Part shown: piece by piece, positions 52,185 to 61,895 of the stretch | Numbering within the stretch: position 1 is the stretch's first letter | Layout of the letters: the number at the start of each line of letters is the position of its first letter | Assembly (NCBI GenBank): GCA_902493915.1 | Contig: CABUQY010000001.1 | Span: forward strand, 1 to 63,862 | Origin: an uncultured Collinsella sp. | GTDB taxonomy: Bacteria; Actinomycetota; Coriobacteriia; Coriobacteriales; Coriobacteriaceae | Direction: 5' to 3' | Length of the DNA stretch: 63,862 nt | Notes under the pieces: generated by a model | The model's input: only the letters and a program-made list of their open reading frames with translations | Database searches by the model: none | What the model was told of the DNA's origin: nothing | Program-made: the position numbers and the translations under genes

Positions 52185-52886
52185 ATGATCGAGATGAATG
52201 CTGTTGTCGCCGGCACCGAGCTCGACGCGGCGCGCGACGCGGGCCGCGAGGGCGTGTCCGCGGGCTGGTGCGCGTGGAGCGCGGGCGATGCTTCGCTGAC
52301 GTTTTCGCTGGTTGTGCGCCCCGATGTGAACATGCATGCCTTCCACGGCCTGCCGTTTGTGGCCGCGATGGGCATGATGGACGCGCTCGTGGGCACAGCA
52401 TCGACGCCGGGGTTGGGCCTTGCCGGTAAGGTGGGTATCCAGTGGCCGAGCGACATTGTGTGCGGCGCGCCCGCATTTGAGACGTCGTTCGCGCGCGTTA
52501 CCGTGAACGGCGGTGCCGGTGCCGCGGGCATGTTCGGTGCCGTGACGGTGGATATTGAGCTTTCGGCGTTGAGCGAGCTCGGTGTGGATGCGGCCGACGA
52601 AGCGCTGGTCGAGGAGTTGGCCGCCGCCGTGCTGACCCGTGTGGACACCTGGGCGGTTGTTGCCAACACGCCGCAGGGCGCTGCCGGTCCGCTGGCTCCC
52701 GTGCTGGGCGAGTACTTCGACATGGTGCCGCTGCTGGGCCGCCAAGTTGCGGCGGTGTCGCCCAACGGCTTGCCGCTTGCGGTCGGTGTGTTTGCGGGCC
52801 TGGACATCTGGGGTCGTGCGACCATCAAGACCGATGCCGGCGAGCAAGAGTTTCCGCCCGAGGCTGTACGAATTCGCGGACTGTAG
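52185..52886 (+). CDS. Degenerate biotin-protein ligase (BirA/BPL-like) protein
   Basis: LTFSLVVRP, IQWPSDIV (compare KWPND), C-terminal SH3-like GVFAGLDIWGRATI; GRGR and KxxGIL motifs not seen. Confidence 0.6.
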   Translation: MIEMNAVVAGTELDAARDAGREGVSAGWCAWSAGDASLTFSLVVRPDVNMHAFHGLPFVAAMGMMDALVGTASTPGLGLAGKVGIQWPSDIVCGAPAFETSFARVTVNGGAGAAGMFGAVTVDIELSALSELGVDAADEALVEELAAAVLTRVDTWAVVANTPQGAAGPLAPVLGEYFDMVPLLGRQVAAVSPNGLPLAVGVFAGLDIWGRATIKTDAGEQEFPPEAVRIRGL

Positions 52887-52925
52887 CGCGAGGCGCCAGC
52901 GCTCAAAGACAACGATGACAACAAG

Positions 52926-52956
52926 ACCCTCCTCGGCCTGTGCCGGGGAGGGTTTC
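52926..52956. terminator. Hairpin between convergent genes
   Basis: accctcctcggc-ctgt-gccggggagggt followed by tt. Confidence 0.55.
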
Positions 52957-53031
52957 GCCTATCTGGGGAATAGGCTTGGCGAGCATTTGCGGGGACTGTG
53001 GCATCGGGCGTGCTTGACTTAAGCCCCTGTC

Positions 53032-53805
53032 CTATCCCAGCTCCTGCATGCGGCGGTAGATTTCGCAGATGCCCTTGATGGTGAGTTGGCCGTCTACCAC
53101 GTTGAAGGCATCGGTCGAATCGGCGACGATGCTGGCGAGGCCGCCCGTGGCGATAACGGTGGCATCCTCGCGGCCCAGCTCGCGCTTCATGCGCGCGACC
53201 AGGCCCTCAGCCATGGCGGCGGCGCCCGTTACAGCGCCGACCTTGATGCACTCCTCGGTATCGCGGCCGATGGCGTGTTCGGGCGCCTCGAGCGGCACGC
53301 TGGCGAGCTTGGCGGCACGGGCGGCAAGCGCATCCATGGAGATGCGGATGCCCGGCGCGATCGCTCCGCCAATGTAATAACCGTCCTCATTGATGACGTC
53401 GATATTGGTTGCGGTGCCAAAGTCCACCACGATCGCCGGGGCGCCGTAGAAGGTCTCGGCAGCAACGGCGTTGGCGACGCGATCGGCACCTACGGCCTGG
53501 GGGCGCGCCGCGCGCAGTTTGGTCACCGCGGCCGTCTGCGGCCCAATGACGATGGCGTCTGCGGCAATGCGGTCGGCCACGGCGTGCCATTCGCGCGAGA
53601 GCTGCGGCACCACGCCCGCAAAGGCGATCGCGTCGACCGCGTCGAGCGAAAGGCCGTACATCTTAAAGAAACCCATCAGGCGCACATGGATCTCGTCGGC
53701 GGTATAAGAGCGGTCGGTGGGCATGCGCCACGACTGCACCAGCTCGTCTCCGTCAAACAGGCCCATGGCCGTCTGCGTATTTCCCATATCGATAGCGAGC
53801 AGCAT
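53032..53805 (-). CDS. coaX: Type III pantothenate kinase
   Basis: LAIDMGNT, GADR, VDFGTAT, GGAIAPG, ATGG. Confidence 0.95.
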   Translation of the reverse strand: MLLAIDMGNTQTAMGLFDGDELVQSWRMPTDRSYTADEIHVRLMGFFKMYGLSLDAVDAIAFAGVVPQLSREWHAVADRIAADAIVIGPQTAAVTKLRAARPQAVGADRVANAVAAETFYGAPAIVVDFGTATNIDVINEDGYYIGGAIAPGIRISMDALAARAAKLASVPLEAPEHAIGRDTEECIKVGAVTGAAAMAEGLVARMKRELGREDATVIATGGLASIVADSTDAFNVVDGQLTIKGICEIYRRMQELG

Positions 53806-53942
53806 GTCTACTCCCGGTGTTGGCATAAAAGGACGCGCACCATTGTATACGTGCTGTCGACGGCGCTCGGCTGCGATTCGTTTACGGTGATAGGGGCTGA
53901 GGGGTTTTAAATATGAAGGAATTATGCTCTACGAGATTTTCC

Positions 53943-53971
53943 TTGCCGTTTACCGAACTCCCGTGTAATAT
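53943..53971 (+). promoter_or_regulatory. Sigma70-type promoter of the tRNA
   Basis: TTGCCG-N17-TAATAT. Confidence 0.65.
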
Positions 53972-54002
53972 TCTTTCTTGCGCACATGAGGCGCCCAGAC
54001 AT

Positions 54003-54079
54003 TGCGGGGTGGAGCAGTCTGGTAGCTCGCCGGGCTCATAACCCGGAGGTCGTAGGTTCAAATCCTGCCCCCGCGACCA
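54003..54079 (+). tRNA. tRNA-fMet (CAT), initiator
   Basis: Cloverleaf, anticodon arm CCGGG-CTCATAA-CCCGG with three G-C pairs, GTTCAAATC T-loop, weak U1-G72 pair, encoded CCA. Confidence 0.96.
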
Positions 54080-54088
54080 AGAACTTGC

Positions 54089-54121
54089 AGCTCGTCGGCC
54101 TAGCCGGCGAGCTTTTTTGTT
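54089..54121 (+). terminator. Terminator after the tRNA
   Basis: agctcgtcggc-cta-gccggcgagct followed by T run. Confidence 0.85.
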
Positions 54122-54168
54122 ATTTCGGGACCGTGTTTTCGGTTCAATTCTCGGCCTCTCAATCAAAG

Positions 54169-54386
54169 ATCTCGATCTGTAACATCTAGACCCGATTTGG
54201 GCGGCTAGGTGTTACAGATCGAGATATACCGGTGGGTTGGGTCGTGTTTGTCTAAATCTGTAACACGAGGGACGGATTTTGCCGAGTTGTTGTTATAGAT
54301 TGAGATTTTCTAGCAGGCGGGTTTGGTTTGTCTCGATCTGTAACAGTAAGACCCGGTTTTGCCGCGTAACTGTTACAGATTGAGAT
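54169..54386. repeat. Array of three 57-bp palindromic units (period 80-81 bp)
   Basis: Units at 54169-54225, 54250-54306 and 54330-54386: TCTCGATCTGTAACA...TGTTACAGATYGAGAT. Confidence 0.9.
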
Positions 54387-54527
54387 AAACCGGCGGGCCG
54401 CCCTGCCCCATCCACCTGCCGCTACCTGCTGTCCGCCGATTTCCGTTGCGCTGCTGTATTCCCATGCCATATCCTCTAGATAACTACGCGGCATCATCGC
54501 CGCCGCGCCTACAAGAGAGGAATGTCC

Positions 54528-56558
54528 ATGACCACACCTGCATCCAAGCTGCTCCAGCCCATTACGGTTGGCCCCCTTGAGCTCAAGAACCGCATTATGT
54601 TTCCGCCGCTGACCACCGGCTACGAGGAGCGTGACGGTTCCATCGGCGAGCGCAGCCTGGCTTTTTACGAGCGCTTGGCCCGTGGCGGCGTGAGCTACAT
54701 CGTCATCGGCGACGTCGCTCCCGTCATGACCGCAAGCCCCACGCCCAAGCTGGCAACCGACGCCCAGATCCCCACGTTTAAGGCGCTGGCCGATGCCGTC
54801 CACAAGCACGGCGCCAAGGTCGCGCTGCAGCTGTTCCACCCCGAGTACGATGTGCCCGGTGTCGGCCGCATGGTCATGGGCTCCATGGCCGCCGCCAAGG
54901 CCGCGCAGGAGGCCAAGGCCGCCGGCGACGAGGAGACCTTTGCCGCCAAGATGGCCGAGTCCAACGAGATCCGCAAGCAGGCCTACGCCAAGCTGCACCA
55001 CGATATGCAGCACTTTGTGAACGAGGCGAGTGTGGAGCAACTCACCCAGATCAAGGAGGCTATCGCCGCCTCGGCCGCCCGTGCGCAGCAGGCCGGCATC
55101 GACGCCATCGAGGTCCACGGCGACCGCCTGGTGGGCTTGCTGTGCTCGGCCATCCTCAACAAGCGCACGGACGAGTACGGCGGTTCGTTCGAGAACCGCG
55201 TTCGCTACGCGCTGGAGGTCGTCGCCGCTATTAAGGAAGCCGCGCCGCAGCTGATGGTGGAGTACAAGCTCCCCGTGATCATGGAGAATCCCGACGGCAC
55301 GCCGCGCGGCAAGGGTGGCTTGCTGCCCGACGAGGCCTGCGAGTTTGCCAAGCTGCTCGAGGGCGCGGGCATCGATATGATCCAGGTCGCGCAGGCAAAC
55401 CACACCGGCAACATGGGAGACACCATTCCGCCCATGGGTGCCATGCCCTACAACTGGACGCTGCCCGTGGCCGAGCGCGTCAAGGCCCTGGTCTCCGTGC
55501 CGGTGGCAACCGTGGGCCGCGTCGTCTCGGTCGAGGCCGGCGAGAAGATTCTGGAAGACGGCGCGGCCGATATCATCGCCTATGGCCGCTCGCTCATGTG
55601 CGACCCCGACATTGCGCTGAAGGCCGCCACGGGCGAGCCTATTCGCGAGTGCCTCAACTGCAACAAGGGCTGCGTCGACGCGATTCAAAACCGCAAGTAC
55701 ATCTCGTGCGTGCTCAATGCCGAGAACGGCGACGAGGCGACCATCGCCATCAAGCCGGGCGAAGGCGACAAGAAGGTTGCCGTGGTGGGCGGCGGTATTG
55801 CCGGCCTGGAGGCCGCGCGCGTGGCGGCCAAGCGCGGCTACGACGTGACCGTCTACGAGGCGAGCGATCATCTGGGCGGCCAGATTGTGCTGGCAGCCGC
55901 GCCTCCGCGCAAGGACGAGATCATGCGCTCGGTCGAGTACTACGAGAAGATTCTGCCTGGTCTGGGCGTGAAGGTTGAGCTCAACCATGCCGCTACCGCT
56001 GAGGACCTCAACGCCGCCGACGCCGCGATTGTGGCCGTGGGCGCGCACGACGTGGTCATCCCCGTTCCGGGTGCCGACTCGGAGAAGGTCGTCTCGAGCT
56101 GGGACGTGCTGGCTGGTAAGGTGGAGCTCAGCGGCCGCGTCGCCGTTATTGGCGGTGGCCTGGTGGGCACCGAGACTGCCGAGTATCTGCTGCAGCACGG
56201 CTGCGAGGTGGCGATCGTCGAGATGCTCGACAAGATTGCCGCGGGCGAGTCCGAGACCATTCTGCCGCTGATTATGAGCGACTTTGCAGAGTACAACGTG
56301 GAGCAGCACGTGAGGACCCGCCTGACCGCCATTACCGACGAGGGCGTGGAGGCCATTCGCACCACCGAAGACGGCGCCGAGGAGCCGGTGAAGATCGCCT
56401 GCGATTACGTGGTGATGGCCGTGGGCTCCAAGGCCAACGCGTTTGACCTGGACGGCGTGACGGTGCCCGTGACCTGCGTGGGCGACTGCTCGGGCGAGCG
56501 CACCGCCGACATTGCGAGTGCCATTCGCACGGCGTATCATGCGGCCAACGAGCTGTAG
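54528..56558 (+). CDS. bilR: OYE-family NADH:flavin oxidoreductase, probable bilirubin reductase (long form)
   Basis: TIM-barrel OYE domain with HGDR (55116-55127) in place of HxxHGY, CLNCNKGC...C Fe-S motif, two Rossmann motifs. Confidence 0.72.
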   Translation: MTTPASKLLQPITVGPLELKNRIMFPPLTTGYEERDGSIGERSLAFYERLARGGVSYIVIGDVAPVMTASPTPKLATDAQIPTFKALADAVHKHGAKVALQLFHPEYDVPGVGRMVMGSMAAAKAAQEAKAAGDEETFAAKMAESNEIRKQAYAKLHHDMQHFVNEASVEQLTQIKEAIAASAARAQQAGIDAIEVHGDRLVGLLCSAILNKRTDEYGGSFENRVRYALEVVAAIKEAAPQLMVEYKLPVIMENPDGTPRGKGGLLPDEACEFAKLLEGAGIDMIQVAQANHTGNMGDTIPPMGAMPYNWTLPVAERVKALVSVPVATVGRVVSVEAGEKILEDGAADIIAYGRSLMCDPDIALKAATGEPIRECLNCNKGCVDAIQNRKYISCVLNAENGDEATIAIKPGEGDKKVAVVGGGIAGLEAARVAAKRGYDVTVYEASDHLGGQIVLAAAPPRKDEIMRSVEYYEKILPGLGVKVELNHAATAEDLNAADAAIVAVGAHDVVIPVPGADSEKVVSSWDVLAGKVELSGRVAVIGGGLVGTETAEYLLQHGCEVAIVEMLDKIAAGESETILPLIMSDFAEYNVEQHVRTRLTAITDEGVEAIRTTEDGAEEPVKIACDYVVMAVGSKANAFDLDGVTVPVTCVGDCSGERTADIASAIRTAYHAANEL

Positions 56559-56633
56559 TTGAACATCGCGGCCAAGCGGGGGGCGGTAGCACGGATCCGC
56601 CTGGGCCGACTGCATCCCGTCGGGTGTCAACCG

Positions 56634-56676
56634 GGGCGGGGCCTGCAAGCGCAGCAGGTCCCGCCCTTTTTGTTTT
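56634..56676 (+). terminator. Intrinsic terminator
   Basis: gggcggggcctgc...gcaggtcccgccc followed by tttttgtttt. Confidence 0.8.
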
Positions 56677-57009
56677 GCTCCAGTGGATGGCAATGCGCGG
56701 TAATCATGAGGAGTGAGGACGTCTACTGCATTGCAGATCACTCAAAATTATTGTGGGAGGGGTTAATAACTATATCCTCTATACCAAAGGACATAAAGAG
56801 ATGTCAATTTTGTTGACAAGCGAATGACGATTAGCTGCGAGTCAGCTACCAGCGTAAATAATCGATAAAGAAATGTCGTAATTTGGTGCCAAATGCCCAG
56901 ATAACGCCGCGTCTATTTTAATTAACTGCTTTGAGCAAACAGTAAAATGCTACTATCTAACTTGCACGTAAGAAAGCAGATTAACGGTTAAGGCTAAGAA
57001 GTGGCAGGT

Positions 57010-57390
57010 ATGTCGGAAGCAACTAGGACTCGCACGCATGCGCCCGAGGTTAGGCAGCGCGCCGTCGAGATCCTCCAAGAGGGGGTCGGCCATCGCGCCC
57101 TCGCCGCGGAGCTTGGCATTCCCCAGGCCACGGCTCGTCAGTGGGCCCGCGCGTATGCCGTGGGCGGTGCCGACGCCGTTCTCAACGCCGGTTCGCATCA
57201 TCACACCTATTCGTACGACGTAAAGCTCGCTGTGGTTAAGGACCGTCTGGAAAACGGCTTGACGGTTCGCGAGGCCATGATCAAGCACAAGATTCCCAGC
57301 GAGTCTTCGGTCAAGGCTTGGTGCCGTCAGTACCGCGAGAGCGGTGAGTCCGCACTGGTCGATAAGCCGCGCGTTAAAAAGGCGGAATAG
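57010..57390 (+). CDS. Tandem HTH protein resembling IS3/IS150 OrfA
   Basis: ALAAELGIPQATARQW and YSYDVKLAVV...PSESSVKAWCRQYRESGESAL; no OrfB follows. Confidence 0.7.
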   Translation: MSEATRTRTHAPEVRQRAVEILQEGVGHRALAAELGIPQATARQWARAYAVGGADAVLNAGSHHHTYSYDVKLAVVKDRLENGLTVREAMIKHKIPSESSVKAWCRQYRESGESALVDKPRVKKAE

Positions 57391-57676
57391 CAAACGGGAT
57401 GGTGCGCCCACAGGGGCGCATTTTTCTTGCCGCGCCAACTTTTTGGACCGGCGCGAGCCTATTGGGACATCCTCCAAAGTGCCCAATAAACCGCGCGCAG
57501 TGGCCCGCGCGTCCGTCGCTGCGGTAAAGGGACGTCACCCCTCTACTCCAATGCGGACAGACTCCTTGCCCCGTACGCCTAAAACTCCCCAGTTGACCGA
57601 AAACCTGCCACCGCAACCCCGTAATTGAGCTATAACGTTAAACAATTGCAGCGTTTTTGCATGGGGGAGTGATGGT

Positions 57677-60559
57677 ATGACGCTACTGTATTTCCTTACC
57701 CTGTTTCCGCTGGTACCGGCGCTGGGCATGCTGCTCGCGCGCGGTGACCGCACCCGCGATGCGGTGGGGCTCATAGGCTCCGGCATTATTATGGCGGTGA
57801 CAGTTGTAGTCGCCGTCATGTTTTTTGGCACGGGTCCGCAGAGCTTTGAGGTTGCCCCCGGCACCTCGCATGTGCTCTCGATCATCAGTTCCGTTATCGA
57901 CGTCATCCTGTGCGCCGTCATCCTGTACAACGCGTACAAATATAGGAACGCGCTCACCACGGTGCTCAGCGTAGTCCAATTGGTGGGCTCGCTCGCCTTT
58001 GCAGCCATGACGCTGCCCGCGACCGAAGCCGTCACCGCAACCCCGCTCTACCTGGACTACATGAGCGTGATCATGGTCCTCGCCGTCGGCATCGTCGGCA
58101 GCCTTATCTGCGTGTATGCCCTGGGCTACATGAAGGACTTCCAGGCCCACGACGAGCACGAGGCTGCGCTGCGCGGGCAGACCGCGCCCGACCGTCGCCC
58201 GCAGTTCCTGGCGCTTATGTTCCTGTTCCTCTCAGCCATGTTCGTCATCGTGACGAGCGACAACCTTGAGTGGCTGTTCTGCGGCTGGGAAATCACCACC
58301 GTGTGCTCGTTCCTTATGATTGGCTACACGCGCACGCCCGAGGCCATCAAGAACGCCTTCACCCAGATCATCCTCAACATGCTGGGCGGTATCGCGTTTT
58401 TGGCCGGACTCATGTACCTGCACGTTAACAGCATGCCGCTGACCATCTCGGGCATGATCGAGCTTTCCGGCGCCGGAACCGCGCAATCTGCGCTGCTGGT
58501 GATGCCGGTCATTCTGTTGTCGCTCGCCGCGCTCACCAAGGCCGCACAGATGCCGTTCCACACGTGGCTGTTGGGTGCCATGGTTGCCCCCACGCCCACG
58601 AGCGCCCTGCTGCACTCGTCAACCATGGTCAAAGCCGGCGTGTTCCTGATGGTCAAGCTGAGCCCACTCTATGCCATCTATCCCGTGACCGGCTTTATGG
58701 TCACGAGTGTGGGTGCCATCACGTTTTTGCTCGCTGCCCTCATGGCCATCTCGCAGAGCAACGCCAAACGTGTGCTCGCGTACTCCACCATTTCCAACTT
58801 GGGCCTTATCAGCGCCTGCTTGGGTGTCGGCGCGCCCGAGGCCGTATGGGCCGCCATCTTCCTAATCCTGTTCCACACGGTGGCAAAGTCGCTGCTGTTC
58901 CTGTGCGTGGGCACGGCCGAGCATCATATCGGCAGCCGCAATATCGAGGACATGGACGGTATGTTCAGCCGCATGCCGCACCTGACGCGCCTTATGATGC
59001 TGGGCATCATGGGCATGTTTGTGGCGCCGTTTGGCATGCTCGTGTCCAAGTGGGGCGCCCTGGTGGCGTTTGCGCAGACCGGCAACGTGCTCATGATCAT
59101 GGTGCTGGCCTTTGGCTCGGCCGCGACGTTCTATTTTTGGGGCAAGTGGCTTGCCAAGCTTTCGGGCGTCGACCCCACGGCTCAAAACGTCGAGGTCAAT
59201 GTCCATAAGACCGAATGGATGGCGCTCAACACCATCGCCGCGCTGCTGATTCTGTGCTGCGTGGCGTTTCCGGTTATCTCGAGCGGTCTGGTATCGCCCT
59301 ATCTCGCCATGGTGTTTGGACGCGTGCCGTACGTTATTGGCAAGGACGCCATGTATCTGATGGTGGTTATCGTAGCGTTTATCGCCGTGGTGCTGCTGAC
59401 GTCGTTCCGCGTGAGCAATAAGCCGCACGTCAACGTGTACCTTTCGGGCGTGGGAACCGACAAATATCGCCATTTCCGCGGCTCGATGGGACGCGAGGTG
59501 AAGGCCGAAAAGCGCAATTGGTACTCGGAGGACGCCCTTGGCGAGAAGCGTATTGGCCCCGCGGGTAGCGTCGTGTGCTGCAGCATTATCTTGTTTGCGC
59601 TGCTGTGTTGCGCGTGGATTGGGCCCGAGCGGCTTGCCATGAGCGCGCCCTCGGTGTTGCGCGGCAAGTATTTTGAAGGTTCGGGCGTCGTGGGCATCTT
59701 TATTGGCACCGTGGCGTTTGCCTTGATTGCGCCTTTGGTTGGTGGCCTGATCGACGGCGTTGACCGTAAGCTTTCGGCTCGCATGCAGGGCCGCGTGGGC
59801 CCGCGCCTGCTACAACCCTTCTACGATGTGGCCAAGCTCCTGCGCAAGGCCCCCGCCAGCGTAAACACCATGGACGACACCTACATGGCGTGCGCGCTCA
59901 TCTTTACCGTGGTGGGCGGCGGCATCTTTGTGTCGGGCTCCAACACGCTGCTGTGCGCGTTTATGGTTACCCTCGCCGCGATCTTTGTGGTGTTGGCGTC
60001 CGCCTCGACGCAAAGCCCGTTTGCTCAGGTCGGCGCCGACCGCGAGCTGCTGCAGGTCATGAGTTACGAGCCCGCCGTTCTGCTGATGAGTGTGGGCCTG
60101 TACCTTGCCACCGACAGCTTCGATTCCATTGCTGTGACGGGGCAGTCGGCCCCTATCATCGTGTACAGCGCGCCCATTTTCCTCGCGTTGCTCGCGGTGC
60201 TTACCATCAAGCTGCGCAAGTCGCCGTTTGACCTTTCGTACTCGCATCATGCGCATCAGGAGATCGTCCAGGGCGTCGCCACCGAGATGAGCGGCGGCAC
60301 GCTGGCCAAGATGACCCTTATGCACTGGTGCGAGACCGTGCTGTTTTTGATGTGGGTGGGCATGTTCTTTGTTTGGGACAACCCCGTGAGCTGGGTTGTA
60401 GCCCTGGTCGTGATGGCCGCGACGTATTTTGTCGAGGTCCTGATCGACAACACCTTCGCACGCAGCACCTGGCGCAGCTGCTTTAGGCTCGGATGGGGCG
60501 TGGCGCTGGTGTTTGGCCTGCTCAACCTTATGCCCATCCTCGTCGACGTATTTATTTAG
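57677..60559 (+). CDS. echA: Ech hydrogenase membrane subunits EchA and EchB fused
   Basis: NuoL-like WEITTVCSFLMIGY, KAAQMPFHTWLLGAMVAPTP, then NuoH-like DRKLSARMQGRVGP..QPFYD and KSPFD in one frame. Confidence 0.85.
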   Translation: MTLLYFLTLFPLVPALGMLLARGDRTRDAVGLIGSGIIMAVTVVVAVMFFGTGPQSFEVAPGTSHVLSIISSVIDVILCAVILYNAYKYRNALTTVLSVVQLVGSLAFAAMTLPATEAVTATPLYLDYMSVIMVLAVGIVGSLICVYALGYMKDFQAHDEHEAALRGQTAPDRRPQFLALMFLFLSAMFVIVTSDNLEWLFCGWEITTVCSFLMIGYTRTPEAIKNAFTQIILNMLGGIAFLAGLMYLHVNSMPLTISGMIELSGAGTAQSALLVMPVILLSLAALTKAAQMPFHTWLLGAMVAPTPTSALLHSSTMVKAGVFLMVKLSPLYAIYPVTGFMVTSVGAITFLLAALMAISQSNAKRVLAYSTISNLGLISACLGVGAPEAVWAAIFLILFHTVAKSLLFLCVGTAEHHIGSRNIEDMDGMFSRMPHLTRLMMLGIMGMFVAPFGMLVSKWGALVAFAQTGNVLMIMVLAFGSAATFYFWGKWLAKLSGVDPTAQNVEVNVHKTEWMALNTIAALLILCCVAFPVISSGLVSPYLAMVFGRVPYVIGKDAMYLMVVIVAFIAVVLLTSFRVSNKPHVNVYLSGVGTDKYRHFRGSMGREVKAEKRNWYSEDALGEKRIGPAGSVVCCSIILFALLCCAWIGPERLAMSAPSVLRGKYFEGSGVVGIFIGTVAFALIAPLVGGLIDGVDRKLSARMQGRVGPRLLQPFYDVAKLLRKAPASVNTMDDTYMACALIFTVVGGGIFVSGSNTLLCAFMVTLAAIFVVLASASTQSPFAQVGADRELLQVMSYEPAVLLMSVGLYLATDSFDSIAVTGQSAPIIVYSAPIFLALLAVLTIKLRKSPFDLSYSHHAHQEIVQGVATEMSGGTLAKMTLMHWCETVLFLMWVGMFFVWDNPVSWVVALVVMAATYFVEVLIDNTFARSTWRSCFRLGWGVALVFGLLNLMPILVDVFI

Positions 60560-60571
60560 GAGGCGGCATCC

Positions 60572-61174
60572 ATGGATCATAAAATGTCGCGCTCGCCGTG
60601 GGTTATTCATTACGACGGCTCGAGCTGCAACGGATGCGATATCGAGGTGTTGGCCTCGCTCACGCCGCTGTTCGATGCGGAACGCTTTGGCGTGGTCAAC
60701 ACCGGCAACCCCAAGCATGCGGACATCTTTTTGGTGACGGGGTCGGTCAATGTCCAGAACCTGCCTGTCGTGCGCCAGATTTACAACCAGATGCTCGAGC
60801 CCAAGTGCGTGGTGGCCTGCGGCATCTGCGCGTGTTCGGGCGGCGTGTTCCGCGATGCCTATAACGTGACCGGCGGCGTGGACCGCGCAATTCCCGTGGA
60901 TGTGTACGCGCCTGGGTGCGCCATTCGCCCCGAGACCGTGATCGATGCCATCGTGGAGGCGTGCGGCATCCTGGACCAGAAAGAGGCCGTGATGCGCGCC
61001 GGCGGCGATCCGCTTACCGTGGGCGGCGCCGCTACTTGGGACGGTGGCGTTGAGCTGGGCGAGGACGGGTTTGTGGCTGCGGGGGCCGGGGCCGGGGCCG
61101 TCGCCGGTGACGGCGTCGAGGTCAACGTGTCCACCAGGTCCGCCGCGCCCGCCGCTGCAAAGGAGGCCGAGTAA
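60572..61174 (+). CDS. echC: Ech hydrogenase small subunit
   Basis: SCNGCDIE, NPKHAD, ACGICACSGG, PGCAIRP. Confidence 0.9.
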   Translation: MDHKMSRSPWVIHYDGSSCNGCDIEVLASLTPLFDAERFGVVNTGNPKHADIFLVTGSVNVQNLPVVRQIYNQMLEPKCVVACGICACSGGVFRDAYNVTGGVDRAIPVDVYAPGCAIRPETVIDAIVEACGILDQKEAVMRAGGDPLTVGGAATWDGGVELGEDGFVAAGAGAGAVAGDGVEVNVSTRSAAPAAAKEAE

Positions 61175-61890
61175 TGCAAAAGGCTATCTATACCATCGTC
61201 GGGATCGACGAGCTCCTGTCGCATGTCCAGGCGCTCAAGGGCGTTGGCGCGCGCTTTGTGCAGATGCACGCCGAACGCAACGTCGACGACGGCACGTATC
61301 GCCTGGTCTATACATTTATCAACGTTCGTGCTGCTCAGGAGCATATTGTGCAGGACGGCAACTATGCGATCGAAAACCTGGTGGTTGAGGGAATTGATCA
61401 GTACCAGGAGATTCCGTCTATCAGTTCGTACTATCCGGCGGTATTCCCGTTTGAAAACGAGGCCCACGACCTGTTTGGTCTTGCCATTACCGACATGCAG
61501 ATCGACTTTAAGGGCTTTTTCTACCAGGTCTCGACTGCCGAGCCCATGAGCGTTATCACGCCCGAGGTGAAGGCCGCGCGCGAGAAAGCCATGAAGGTCC
61601 GTGCGGCTGCCGAGGCCAAGGCGCGCAAGGTCGCGGCCGAGAAGGCCGCCACGGCTGCGGCTGCTGCAGGGGAAGGCGCTGCGAGCGCCGGCGATGCCGC
61701 GGGCGTCGCTGCTCAGCCCGCTGCGACTGCCGGCTCCGATGCCCAGCATGACGATGCCGCTGCCAAGGCCGCGCTCAAGGCTGCCGAGATGGAGGCAAAG
61801 CTCGCTGCCATGGATCCCGAGAAAGCGGCCAAGGTCCGCGCGGCGCTTGCCGCCAAGGCCGCCCGCGACAAGCAGAAAAAGGAGGCGTAA
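61174..61890 (+). CDS. echD: Ech hydrogenase subunit D (NuoC-like) with Ala-rich tail
   Basis: IPSISSYYPAVFPFENEAHDLFG; start overlaps the echC stop. Confidence 0.8.
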   Translation: MQKAIYTIVGIDELLSHVQALKGVGARFVQMHAERNVDDGTYRLVYTFINVRAAQEHIVQDGNYAIENLVVEGIDQYQEIPSISSYYPAVFPFENEAHDLFGLAITDMQIDFKGFFYQVSTAEPMSVITPEVKAAREKAMKVRAAAEAKARKVAAEKAATAAAAAGEGAASAGDAAGVAAQPAATAGSDAQHDDAAAKAALKAAEMEAKLAAMDPEKAAKVRAALAAKAARDKQKKEA

Positions 61891-61895
61891 GGTCC

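Noticed and set aside
54169..54386. CRISPR array interpretation of the tandem palindromes
   Set aside because: Units are degenerate inverted pairs rather than identical direct repeats, inner segments resemble each other, and no cas genes or leader are present.
56575..56680. SRP RNA or ZTP riboswitch after the oxidoreductase
   Set aside because: Lacks the SRP domain IV and pfl consensus; explained by an intrinsic terminator.
54003..57430. Genomic island integrated at tRNA-fMet
   Set aside because: No integrase, and no duplicated tRNA 3' end was seen in the window.
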